NCBI GenBank assembly: GCA_051294375.1
Contig: CM119264.1
Location: 24,825,316-24,889,315, forward strand
Direction: 5' to 3'
DNA: 64,000 bases
From: Paraspadella gotoi
Taxonomy: Eukaryota; Animalia; Chaetognatha
Shown: one piece after another, positions 53,501 through 64,000 of the stretch
How positions within the stretch are numbered: position 1 is the stretch's first letter
Layout of the letters: each line of letters opens with the position of its first letter
Made by a program: the position numbers and the translations under genes
The notes under the pieces: generated by a model
Database searches by the model: none
Told to the model about the DNA's origin: nothing
The model's input: the letters and a program-made list of their open reading frames with translations, nothing else

Positions 53501-54184
53501 NNNNNNNNNNNNNNNNNNNNNNNNNNNNNNNNNNNNNNNNNNNNNNNNNNNNNNNNNNNNNNNNNNNNNNNNNNNNNNNNNNNNNNNNNNNNNNNNNNNN
53601 NNNNNNNNNNNNNNNNNNNNNNNNNNNNNNNNNNNNNNNNNNNNNNNNNNNNNNNNNNNNNNNNNNNNNNNNNNNNNNNNNNNNNNNNNNNNNNNNNNNN
53701 NNNNNNNNNNNNNNNNNNNNNNNNNNNNNNNNNNNNNNNNNNNNNNNNNNNNNNNNNNNNNNNNNNNNNNNNNNNNNNNNNNNNCTCTCTCTAGGGTCGC
53801 GTCTCCACCGCTCCACTGCCCAAGCACTGCGTCGTCGCCTCCGCCTCCATTCCCATTACCGAAAATCGATGCCGAAGCGATTGGGATCCCACGCTGAATT
53901 TTCTAATTTTGTTTTGTTTTGTAATATTTTTTTTTCCGTTTATCCTATTTTTTGTTTGCTAAAAGTACAAGTTCAAGCTCATTAACTGAAATACTATTAA
54001 ACGCATTCTTGTTCCTACAACATCGAATAATAGTAGAAATAAGTAAAACCAGATCTCTTCTAAAACATTTATAGATCTTTATTTCAATCAGTTAATTTGA
54101 TTAATTTTAACCTGAGCCCAATAGTACTTTCCGACCCACCCTACTTTTACTTGAAACTTTTTACTTCACTAAAAAATGAACAAG

Positions 54185-54345
54185 AAAGAAAACGACTACA
54201 AATTAGCTCCTCCAAGACATTATCTTTTTTTTTTAAACCGGCTCAAGACCATAAATGGTCATAACCACCGAAACCGCTATAACCAAGGCTTTTACCATAA
54301 CTGTATCATCTTCTGCGTTCGTGTCATATACGAAGTCATTAACAA

Positions 54346-54383
<38 letters not shown>

Positions 54384-55320
54384 TCATCTTCGTCCTCGTC
54401 TTTATGTTCCTCGTGAAATATTCATTTTGAAAAGTAAGTATTACGAAAGGATCTTCGTTTTAGTCTGTAATATAGTTATATTATAGTATCAAACGTATCA
54501 AAATCACAATCACCTTACAGTGCTCTTCGTCGTCGTCGTCGTCGTCGTTGTCGTCGTCTTCATCCTTATGATTCATCTCTTTATCCCTTTATCCTCTTCC
54601 TCTTCTTCCTTATCTCCTCCAATCGGATTTTTCCTCCTCATCGTTTCCTCGTATTTTCTCCATTTCTTTCCTCTCTTCCTCCTTTCCTCCCTTTTCCTCG
54701 AGCCATCATTCTATTAATATCCGCCCATCATTCTTCGCTCCTATTCCTCAAGAAAACGACTTACAAATTAGCTCCTCCAAGACATTATCTTTTTTTTTTA
54801 AACCGGCTCAAGACCATAACATGGTCATAACCACCGAAACCGCTATAACCAAGGCTTTATACCCGATAACTGTATCATCTTCTCGTTCTGTCATATACGA
54901 AGTCATTAACAAACGTCGTCGTCGTCGTCGTCGTCGTCGTCTGTGCATCATCTTCGTCCTCGTCTTTATGTCCTCGTGAAATATTCATTTTGAAAAGTAA
55001 GTCATACGAAAGGATCTTCCGTTTTAGTCCTGTAATATAGTTATATTAATAGTATCAACGTATCAAAATCACCAATCACCTTACAGCTTCTCCTTCGTCG
55101 TCGTCGTCTCGTCGTTTGTCGTCGTCTTCATCCTTATGATTCATCTCTTTATCCCTTTAATCCTCTCCCTTTCTTCCTATCTCCTCAATCGGATTTTTCT
55201 CCTCATCGTTTCTCTCGTATTTTCTCCATTTCTTTCTCTCTTCCTCCTTTTCCTCCCTTTTCCCTCGAGCCATCATTCTATTAATATCCGCCCATCATCT
55301 TCGCTCCTATTCCTCATCCC
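54185..55320 (+). repeat. Tandem ~570 bp duplication (54185-54750 vs 54752-55320)
   Basis: Both units begin GAAAACGAC(T)TACAAATTAGCTCCTCCAAGAC; differences are mostly indels. Confidence 0.88.
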
Positions 55321-56468
55321 TTAAAAAATCTCTCTCTCATCTCTCATCTCTGTCTCTCTCTCTCTTCTTACGTATCTCTTCATCATACGCATTAACNNNN
55401 NNNNNNNNNNNNNNNNNNNNNCGCCTATACAGTAAAACAACCTACCTTCCATGTTTTTCTCTCTCTTGTCCGATTAAATTTGGTGCCATATAAACCCAAT
55501 ACAGAAAGACAGAAAAAAATACAGCATAAAATTCCAAAACAACATCGTCAACTTTAAAAACTTTTTCAAACCACACTACAGTCTACAGCAACGAAAACAC
55601 TACACAAGACGACTACGATAACTAAAGAAAACGCAACATCACATTTATTTAACAACAACTTATACAACGTCGCCCTTGGCAACAACAACAACGACAAAGG
55701 CGGCGGCAACGACCTCGATCTCATCGCGCCTTTCCGATCGTCGAAGTTTATCTCGCCCCTGAGCCCATCCTCGATAACTTTCCCGACGCTTACCCTCCTC
55801 CTCCTCCTTTTCCCTCCTCCTCCTCCTTTTCCTCCCCTTCCACTCCCCCCGCATAAACCTCCGGGCATCCAGACGGTCTCTCTCTCTTTCTCTGTCTGTC
55901 TCNNNNNNNNNNNNNNNNNNNNNNNNNNNNNNNNNNNNNNNNNNNNNNNNNNNNNNNNNNNNNNNNNNNNGGATCCTCGGCATAATAAACCCATTTGAGA
56001 AGATGAGCAATTAGCGCCTAAATGTTGACTCGCTCTCTCGCTCGCGCGATCTCTCTCTCGCGCTCGNNNNNNNNNNNNNNNNNNNNNNNNNNNNNNNNNN
56101 NNNNNNNNNNNNNNNNNNNNNNNNNNNNNNNNNNNNNNNNNNNNNNNNNNNNNNNNNNNNNNNNNNNNNNNNNNNNNNNNNNNNNNNNNNNNNNNNNNNN
56201 NNNNNNNNNNNNNNNNNNNNNNNNNNNNNNNNNNNNNNNNNNNNNNNNNNNNNNNNNNNNNNNNNNNNNNNNNNNNNNNNNNNNNNNNNNNNNNNNNNNN
56301 NNNNNNNNNNNNNNNNNNNNNNNNNNNTTGTCTCGCTTTTTTTTTCTTTTGTTTTTCTCCAATGGTGTTTCTAAAAAGCCTTCTTTCTGAATCGTCCTAG
56401 ATACAAGAGAGAAAAAGAGAGAGAGAGAAATAGAGAGGGAGAGAGAAAGAACAAGAAAGAAAGAAAAA

Positions 56469-56521
<53 letters not shown>

Positions 56522-56809
56522 AAGAGAGAGACGATTTCTCCAACGCGACGAAAAAATCGGCGGTCGTCTTTAGGGAAAAGGATTTAACGATTTCTTTATG
56601 ATCATTTATCCTGTAGCTTTGAGTTTACGATTGTAGATCCTCGTATCAGATCTTCCTTTCACATTCCCTCGTCTTCACCGCCTCCTCCTCCTCCTCCTCT
56701 TCCTCCGCGACTTCCTCCTCCTCCTCATGACCAGAGAGTCCTTCTATGACTCTCCAGGGTAGTTTTCATCCGACGCTTCCTCCCACGATTTCGTTCTCCT
56801 TCGCACCAT

Positions 56810-57130
56810 AAATGTTTCACTCAGTCTGTTCTCCTTCCCCCATTAAACTTTCACTCAGTATGTTCACCTTCCCCAATCTAAGTTTCACTCAGTCTGTTCT
56901 CTTTCCTCCCATCAAAGTTTCACTCAGTATGTACTCGTTCTCCCTTTAAAGTTTCACTCAGTTGTTCTACTTTGCCCATCAAAGTTTCACTCAGTAATCA
57001 GTATGTACTCGTTCTCCCTTTAAAGTTTCACTCAGTCTGTTCTCCTTTTCCCATCAAACTTTCCCAAACTAATTTTTACTCAGTATGTTCTCCTTCCGCC
57101 ATCAAATTTATAAGTCTGTTCTCCTTCGAC
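56810..57130 (+). repeat. Degenerate ~30-35 bp minisatellite
   Basis: Recurrent AAGTTTCACTCAGT(C/A)TGTTCTCCTT. Confidence 0.8.
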
Positions 57131-58035
57131 CCATTAAGCATTAACTTTGTTCTCTTTCGGGTCATCAATCCTATCCTCTATTGGATCTCCTACACCACTT
57201 CAATATTTCACTTAGTCTAGTACTGACTTTTTCCTCGTCCGTCGCCCATTCTCCTTTACCTCATAAAGAATCATCATTTTATTTAAATATGATCTTATTT
57301 TTCATCTCCCTTTAAAATCAGGTTTCTCCGTCTCGTTAATCAAATTCTTCCCGCCCCCCTAACCCCCTACAGTCGACAACCCTCGGCCCCAGATTCCCGA
57401 CATCCATACCCCCTTATCCCTCTGCCTTTGCTTCGGGCGATTGCCTCTTTGCCTGGCCTTGGTTGATGCAGTTTCGCTTCTGCTTTCGCGCCACAAATTT
57501 TCAAGACGACGACGATTTTCCTTTGGAAGATTCTCTGTCTCTAAGTCTGAACGTTTTTTCAGTCCATGGAATAATATCATAAATTAAACGAAAATATTTA
57601 AATCATTTACCAAAACATAATGTTCAAAATTAAAAGCTCTTTATTAGCCCATTTTCGTCAGCTTCACATGCATCTATTTCACTTCGATGACAAGAAAAAA
57701 AGCCATATCGTTTTAAGGTTGAGCGTGACGGTTCAATCTTTGTTAATTATCTTTTAATAAGTAGTAAGTGGATCAATCAAATTGTATTATTTTAGTTCAA
57801 AAACACATTGTTTAAGAGTACAAAGGATCAACAAGTTGAAAAAAAAAATTGCTCATTGCTCCGTGTCTAAATAAGTTTAAATATGATTACTGTTTTAATT
57901 TATACCGTAAGGTTAAGGTTCGAAATTCCCAAAGATTCTGAATGTTAGTAAAATATAAGATAATAACCAGCAGTTCAATTGTATATATTTAATTTTAAAT
58001 TTCAACTAATTAATGGTTTGTTTGTTTTTTTACTA

Positions 58036-58614
58036 TCAATTAAAAACATCCTTCCGTCGACGCTCCTTTCGATTCGCCACGCCGTACGGTTTCAAGTGAT
58101 AAATGAGATACTCCATCACGTACATCATTTCCGGCGTGGTGTAGTGAAAAGTCACGGCGTAGTCGCTACAGCAGACCGGGCCTTCCTTGGTGACGTAGAA
58201 ATCATAGCTCCAGTACCACAGGGGCATCGAACCGGGGACGAGGTGACTTCCGGCGTTGAGGGGCATGAACGTCTCTCGGCCGCGACGATCCCTCGAGTCC
58301 GTCGCTGCCACGCCCATCTTCTCCAGACATTTACCGACTTCGACGTCCTCAGAGCCACCGCTGTCGCGACGGCACGTTCCGTTGTCGACGCCGGCGACGA
58401 AGCGGCGCACGGCCGCCCGCGTGAGCACGTAGCCGGCGCCGCCCGACATGTAGCCCTGTTTGATGAAGGGTTTGAAGCGGCGCCCGAAGTAGACGAGGTC
58501 CGAGGAGGAGGTGTTGGAAAGGAGGAGGCGGAGGTCTCATGATGTGTAAAGTGTCGTTCGTGCCGGCTTGAAGGGAAGAAGTCGTAAATCGTTGAGGTGA
58601 TGGTCGTGGATGAA
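58036..58614 (-). CDS. C1GALT1: C1GALT1 terminal exon (core 1 beta-1,3-galactosyltransferase, GT31); local frameshifts near the DxD motif
   Basis: ctccag|FIHDHHLND..., then [32 protein letters not shown]...[15 protein letters not shown]...DSRD...[11 protein letters not shown]...[15 protein letters not shown]...*. Confidence 0.92.
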
Positions 58615-58626
58615 CTGGAGAGAGGA

Positions 58627-58692
<66 letters not shown>

Positions 58693-58748
58693 TTTAGAAA
58701 TGAAAAAATAAGTGATAAGATGTCTTCATGTCCAGCGACAATTTTTAC

Positions 58749-58893
58749 TTTAAAGGCAGCTTTCGTTTTGGCCCAGAGGTTTTCCCTTCCTTCGGCGACT
58801 CCAGCCAAAGCAACGGATCCCAATTTATCGTCAGCTTTGCTCGACATGAAGATCAGTTTGTTGCAACGTTTGCCCCAAGTCGCTTTCACGTGC
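58749..58893 (-). CDS. C1GALT1: C1GALT1 exon
   Basis: ctccag|...[29 protein letters not shown]...[15 protein letters not shown]|gtaaaa. Confidence 0.92.
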
Positions 58894-59227
58894 CTGGAGA
58901 ATAATTTAAAAATTTATCTTTGAGATCGTAAATTGTAGTTTAGTTTTTTTAGTTTTTTTCTGAAAATTGATGAAATATAAAAAGTTAGCTCACTGTGAAT
59001 GTTATAAGGCGCCAAATTGTTTTTTGGTTAAAACCTTAAAGATACGAATTACATTTTATACCCAAGGATTCGTAGCCGCACAGTATAAAATTTAGATTTC
59101 ATAGGTTTGTATCCCAAAAAATAAAATCGTTGTACAAAAATTCTAAAAATGTCCTTGTAATCTCCATAGGATTGTAAAAAGAAGCATTTTAAAAAGATTT
59201 TAAAAGATTTGTCCACAAAAAACTCAC

Positions 59228-59389
59228 TTCGCCCTCGATTCGTGATTGTGAGGTCCGGTCATGATCCAGCAAAGAACCCTGACAGTTTTGAAGAGACGAT
59301 CGGCCTCCTCCTCCTCCTCCTCCTCTTTCCCGCTGGAATTGGTTGTTGGACGTTGAGAGACGTCGTTGGTGGAAAGAAGTTTTCTCATT
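59228..59389 (-). CDS. C1GALT1: C1GALT1 exon (stem and start of catalytic domain)
   Basis: catag| ... ADRLFKTVRVLCWIMTGPHNHESRA K|gtgag; RVLCWIMTGP is the characteristic T-synthase motif. Confidence 0.88.
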
Positions 59390-60022
59390 CTATGGATCGA
59401 GAAAGATGAAGTTAAATATACACAAAATTTGAAACCGAATTTTAACTGTAATTCACAGACGCAGGCCCCGTATAATTTACTAAAGATCGCACATATTGTC
59501 ATATTATGTTAGATTTCTAAGATTTCTTATTAGTAATAACATATTTTAATAAAATTTCTTATTTTCATAGAAATTTTTTTTAGCCTAATTATCATTTTCC
59601 CATTAAGATCTCGGGCCCGTCACGTTTGTGGGGTTTTTTTACCGCTCTCGCGCCCCTGCATGGACATTAGACAATGCCTTAATGGAAAACGAACCAATAA
59701 ATTTAAAAAAAATTCAGATTAGCAAGAAAATTCATAAGTATACCAATAGCATTAATTAAAAAAAAATTCTAAGTGAAAAATAACAAATAGATTTATCAAA
59801 AAATCAATGAAGCGAGTATTAATGGATTAAAAATAAAAAATAAATTCAAAAACTAGTGAATTAAGACTCTAATTCACCTCGGTTCATTCCAAATAGGAAT
59901 AAGTCCGAATAAAACGATGAAACTGATAATCACAAAACTTGTGAGTCCAATTTTGAAAAATCTCCTCCATTGAAAATTGTGACCAAATGTAGACATTTCG
60001 GAGGTGTAAAGTCCTCAACACT

Positions 60023-60085
<63 letters not shown>

Positions 60086-60787
60086 AACATTAAAGAGGAG
60101 CTTGCGTCTTAAAATTTGCTTGGGTTTTTTTCTTTCTATTTCTTTCTTTTTTGACCAACGGCCATCATTTTTATTCTAATATTTAAAAAAAAATATAAGG
60201 CTTACCAGGTAGAAATCTGGATGGGAAAATCTTTCCAAAAAGGGCTTTACAATAGAAATTAAAAAGTTTATTTTAATTTTGTTAAGAAGACTCAAAATGA
60301 AAAACTCATGTCGGACCTTCAGGGCGTCGACTCTTTAAAACTGGTTATGGGAGCGACGGGGTTCGCGACGACTGGTTGAAAATTGCCGACCGGTAAATAA
60401 ATTAAAACATTTTTGTTAGTTTTTGTGAAGAAACTTGTGACTAAATTTATTTTAACTCACGGCTTTTTGTCTATGTCATCGTATTTCGCCTCTCTTTTCC
60501 ATTTTTGTCCGCCCTCATTTGTGTGATTCTAAGCAAAGGTGAAGATAATGTACACGCAATCATCCCAGGCCTCATTTAAACTAACCTGGACCGAATTTAA
60601 CCGCTTCCCTCGAAAAAAAAAAATAACCTTTGACTCAATGCCTCATTCGCACACACCATCGCCACACCCCTCGCTTTACTGATTTGCACCCAGCGTCGCA
60701 CCCCGAGCCTTAAATTTCGAGCGCGACTCATCTCCTTCCAACTTCCGCCGTCCGTCATAAAAATTTCAGACGACGATATGAATTTTA

Positions 60788-61040
60788 CGAGTTGCGGAGT
60801 GGAGGCGGGGTGTGGGACGCGAGGACGGTTTTGGTAGTAAGGGGAGGTGGTTTATGTGGAGTGGTCACAGAATTTTGCAATTGTTTTTCATTAGAAAAAT
60901 TGTACTTTGTTTTCTCTTCGCGTGGAAACCCGATGAGACTCTTTTCTGACCGTCCGTTTAGAGTAGGAGCAGCATAACGATCAGCATAAAGCATAAAGAG
61001 CAGGAGGAACAGAAAATATTTTGAGTTAATAAGAGAATCT
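60788..61040 (-). CDS. Possible upstream exon of C1GALT1 (hydrophobic anchor plus Pro/Thr stem)
   Basis: Frame KYFLFLLLFMLYADRYAAPT...TTPHKPPPLTT...LRN ends at tc|gtaaaa (donor-like). Linkage to the downstream exons is not resolved. Confidence 0.35.
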
Positions 61041-61449
61041 AGCTAAGCGACAAGTACATCTAACCTCGATGCAGCGTGGAAAAAAGGTTGTCTAGTTTCG
61101 AGTCTGGTCATATATGGGTTAATAAAATCTTTATGGTCAATATATAAACTTTGAAACAATGCGTCTTTTTCTTTATTAATATTTCTATTCAAAATTAAAC
61201 AAGAGTGAAGAGTGGTGGCGACGGGAAGTGTTGCGTGGTATGGGAGTGGCAGCGTCAGACGGAGTGACGTAGTGACGCAGTCTTGTCACCGCGGCGCCAA
61301 TCGTCGTCCTCGGTTTTCGGCGAAGAAGAAAAAAGAAAGAAAAACGTCAATTGTGATTCGAATTTCTTCACCAGCGCCGTGAGTTATTGAATTGGTTTTC
61401 ACTGGGAAGGGACGGGCATCAGAGAGAGGAAGAACAAGAAGGAACAGGG

Positions 61450-61516
<67 letters not shown>

Positions 61517-61839
61517 AAACTCGGCCGTCGACCCAGTATCGACTGTGAATCCAATTCTTTCGACCTTCCTGAGGATTATTACGTATTTGACGAAAGATTA
61601 GCGACGCCAAACCGACGCCGCGCCGACGCCGAACCGGACGCGCCGAAGCCCGCTCCGTCCTAACGACGCCGACCACAACGACGGCCATTTCTATGCGCGG
61701 CGGACGTCGAGCGCATCACTTTGACGCCGCCCCATCGCCCCCTCTTTCGGTTTTTGGAAAGACGGTGCCCGTTGAGAGCCGTTTTTTCGCTTTCGTGTTG
61801 GCAACTCTTTCTTTCCCTTCTCCTCCGTCCCATATTAGC

Positions 61840-62400
61840 TTTTTTAGTTGCGCCGCGAGTACTCGCGGAGCAACTCTATAAGTCACTTTTCGGTCGGTCG
61901 GTCCGTCGGTCTCGGTCCATCGGTCTCCTATTTACGTTAAGACAGGAAAAAAACCTCAAATAACCTCAAATGACAAAAGACAAAATTTTGATGCAGTGCT
62001 TGTCATAAATACACGGGCTAAGAAAGTTATGGTAGTCATGTAGTCATTAAGGCGTAGTAAATTTCTAATTTAACTTTAATTAAAATTCTAAAAATGAGGA
62101 ACGAACAACATTATACTAATGAACATTTAATNNNNNNNNNNNNNNNNNNNNNNNNNNNNNNNNNNNNNNNNNNNNNNNNNNNNNNNNNNNNNNNNNNNNN
62201 NNNNNNNNNNNNNNNNNNNNNNNNNNNNNNNNNNNNNNNNNNNNCTTTTAGAATTTTCGTATGTAATTTTCACTACGCCTTAGTAGTCATTTCATGTTAC
62301 GTCCTCAAGTCATGTAATGTCATGTCTTGTCATGTCACAAGAAACACACGTGATAAGGCAGTCACTGCGGCGCAACACATTTGAATTACCGTTCTTGTTT
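61840..62400 (+). mobile_element. Helentron/DINE-1-like non-autonomous element (HINE)
   Basis: T-run, then hairpin AGTTGC-G-CCGCGAGT/ACTCGCGG-A-GCAACT and a (CGGT)n-like microsatellite; subterminal inverted repeat GTTGCGCCGC (61847-61856) / GCGGCGCAAC (62367-62376); ends CTTGTTT. Confidence 0.6.
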
Positions 62401-62847
62401 CTGCTTTTATCACCTTACAAGTATTACGTGTGTTTCATTACGAGATAACGAGTTTGCTTCTTTTCTTTTACAGGCACTTTCGTTTTGTTATTTATTATTT
62501 AATCATTAATTATTTATTAATTAATTTACTGCGCTTTTTTNNNNNNNNNNNNNNNNNNNNNNNNNNNNNNNNNNNNNNNNNNNNNNNNNNNNNNNNNNNN
62601 NNNNNNNNNNNNNNNNNNNNNNNNNNNNNNNNNNNNNNNNNNNNNNNNNNNNNNNNNNNNNNNNNNNNNNNNNNNNNNNNNNNNNNNNNNNNNNNNNNNN
62701 NNNNNNNNNNNNNNNNNNNNNNNNNNNNNNNNNNNNNNNNNNNNNNNNNNNNNNNNNNNNNNNNNNNNNNNNNNNNNNNNNNNNNNNNNNNNNNNNNNNN
62801 NNNNNNNNNNNNNNNNNNNNNNNNNNNNNNNNNNNNNNNNNNNNNNN

Positions 62848-62879
<32 letters not shown>

Positions 62880-63203
62880 ATCGGTATATTGCTACTGCTT
62901 GTATAAAACGTTTAAATACGTACGTCTTTGGCTTTTACATCGAATGCCAAACCAGTAACAAAATTAATTTCTAATTCTCAGATATACTGCTTGGCCGTTA
63001 GGAGGAAAGCTTTTCGTTACCCTCGGCAATATTTCGAAATGAACAATGGATGAGATTAATGGCTCTCATATTCCAGCCTCATAAGAAAACCATATCGGAG
63101 TCTCGGCATAAATTGGATTTTATGGCGACTGCTACTGCCCAAACACCAACTAAGATTTTTCCGTGTTGTTTGTATATAAACGTTCGTCTTTGANNNNNNN
63201 NNN

Positions 63204-64000
63204 ATGAATTTTACGAGTTGCGGAGGTGGAGGCGGGGTGTGGGACGCGAGGACGGTTTTGGTAGTAATGGGGAGGTGGTTTATGTGGAGTGGTCACAAGA
63301 ATTTTGCAATTGTTTTTCATTAGAAAAATTGTACTTTGNNNNNNNNNNNNNNNNNNNNNNNNNNNNNNNNNNNNNNNNNNNNNNNNNNNNNNNNNNNNNN
63401 NNNNNNNNNNNNNNNNNNNNNNNNNNNNNNNNNNNNNNNNNNNNNNNNNNNNNNNNNNNNNNNNNNNNNNNNNNNNNNNNNNNNNNNNNNNNNNACTCTT
63501 TTCTGACCGTCCGTTTAGAGTAGGAGCAGCATAACGATCAGCATAAAGCATAAAGAGCAGGAGGAACAGAAAATATTTTGAGTTAATAAGAGAATCTAGC
63601 TAAGCGACAAGTACATCTAACTCTCGATGCAGCGTGAGAAAAAGGTTGTCTAGTTTCGAGTCTGGTCAGTATCTGGGTTAATAAAATCTTTATGGTCAAT
63701 ATATAAACTTTGAAACAATGCGTCTTTGTTCTTTATTAATATTTCTATTCAAAATTAAACAAGAGTGAAGAGTGGTGGCGACGGGAAGTGTTGCGTGGTA
63801 TGGGAGTGGCAGCGTCAAGACGGAGTGACGTAGTGACGCAGTCTTGTCACCGCGGCGCCAATCGTCGTCCTCGGTTTTCGGCGAAGAAAGAAAAAGAAAG
63901 AAAACGTCAATTGTGATTCGAATTTCTTCACCAGCGCCGTGAGTTATTGAATTGGTTTTCACTGGGAAGGGACGGGCATCAGAGAGAGGAAGAACAAGAA
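63204..64000 (+). repeat. Direct duplicate of 60778-61440
   Basis: Near-identical from ATGAATTTTACGAGTTGCGGAG to GAGAGGAAGAACAAGAA; contains and is bordered by N gaps. Confidence 0.9.

Noticed and set aside
54185-55320. 570 bp tandem duplication
   Set aside because: Same indel-dominated pattern and close to gaps
56810-57130. CRISPR-like array
   Set aside because: Eukaryotic context, no unique spacers and no cas genes; an ordinary minisatellite
63204-64000. Second copy of the C1GALT1 5' region as a paralog
   Set aside because: Near-identical and gap-bounded; likely haplotype or scaffolding redundancy

Overview
AT-rich eukaryotic (metazoan-like) draft assembly with many N gaps, dense (CT/GA)n, (TCG)n and (AAT)n microsatellites, and segments of indel-rich, apparently unpolished sequence. 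Most short ORFs in the track are microsatellite artefacts. Four genes are supported. (1) A Pumilio/PUF gene (20549-23275, minus), intronless in the visible sequence, whose RNA-binding domain appears expanded to at least 15 repeats through a fourfold repetition of the R5-R6-R7 triplet. (2) A multi-exon F-box/LRR-like gene (42362-46245, plus). (3) A two-exon secreted precursor ending in an 8-Cys domain (48978-50005, minus). (4) C1GALT1 (58036-59389 and upstream, minus). Mobile DNA comprises a full-length Jockey/I-like LINE inserted in a (TC)n tract within one arm of a ~2.5 kb inverted duplication (the other arm shows the empty site), a ~660 bp TRIM whose LTRs each carry a tRNA-like module, foldback MITEs and Helentron-like non-autonomous elements. 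Several near-identical duplications are probably assembly artefacts. All translations and alignments were done by eye; no database searches were run.
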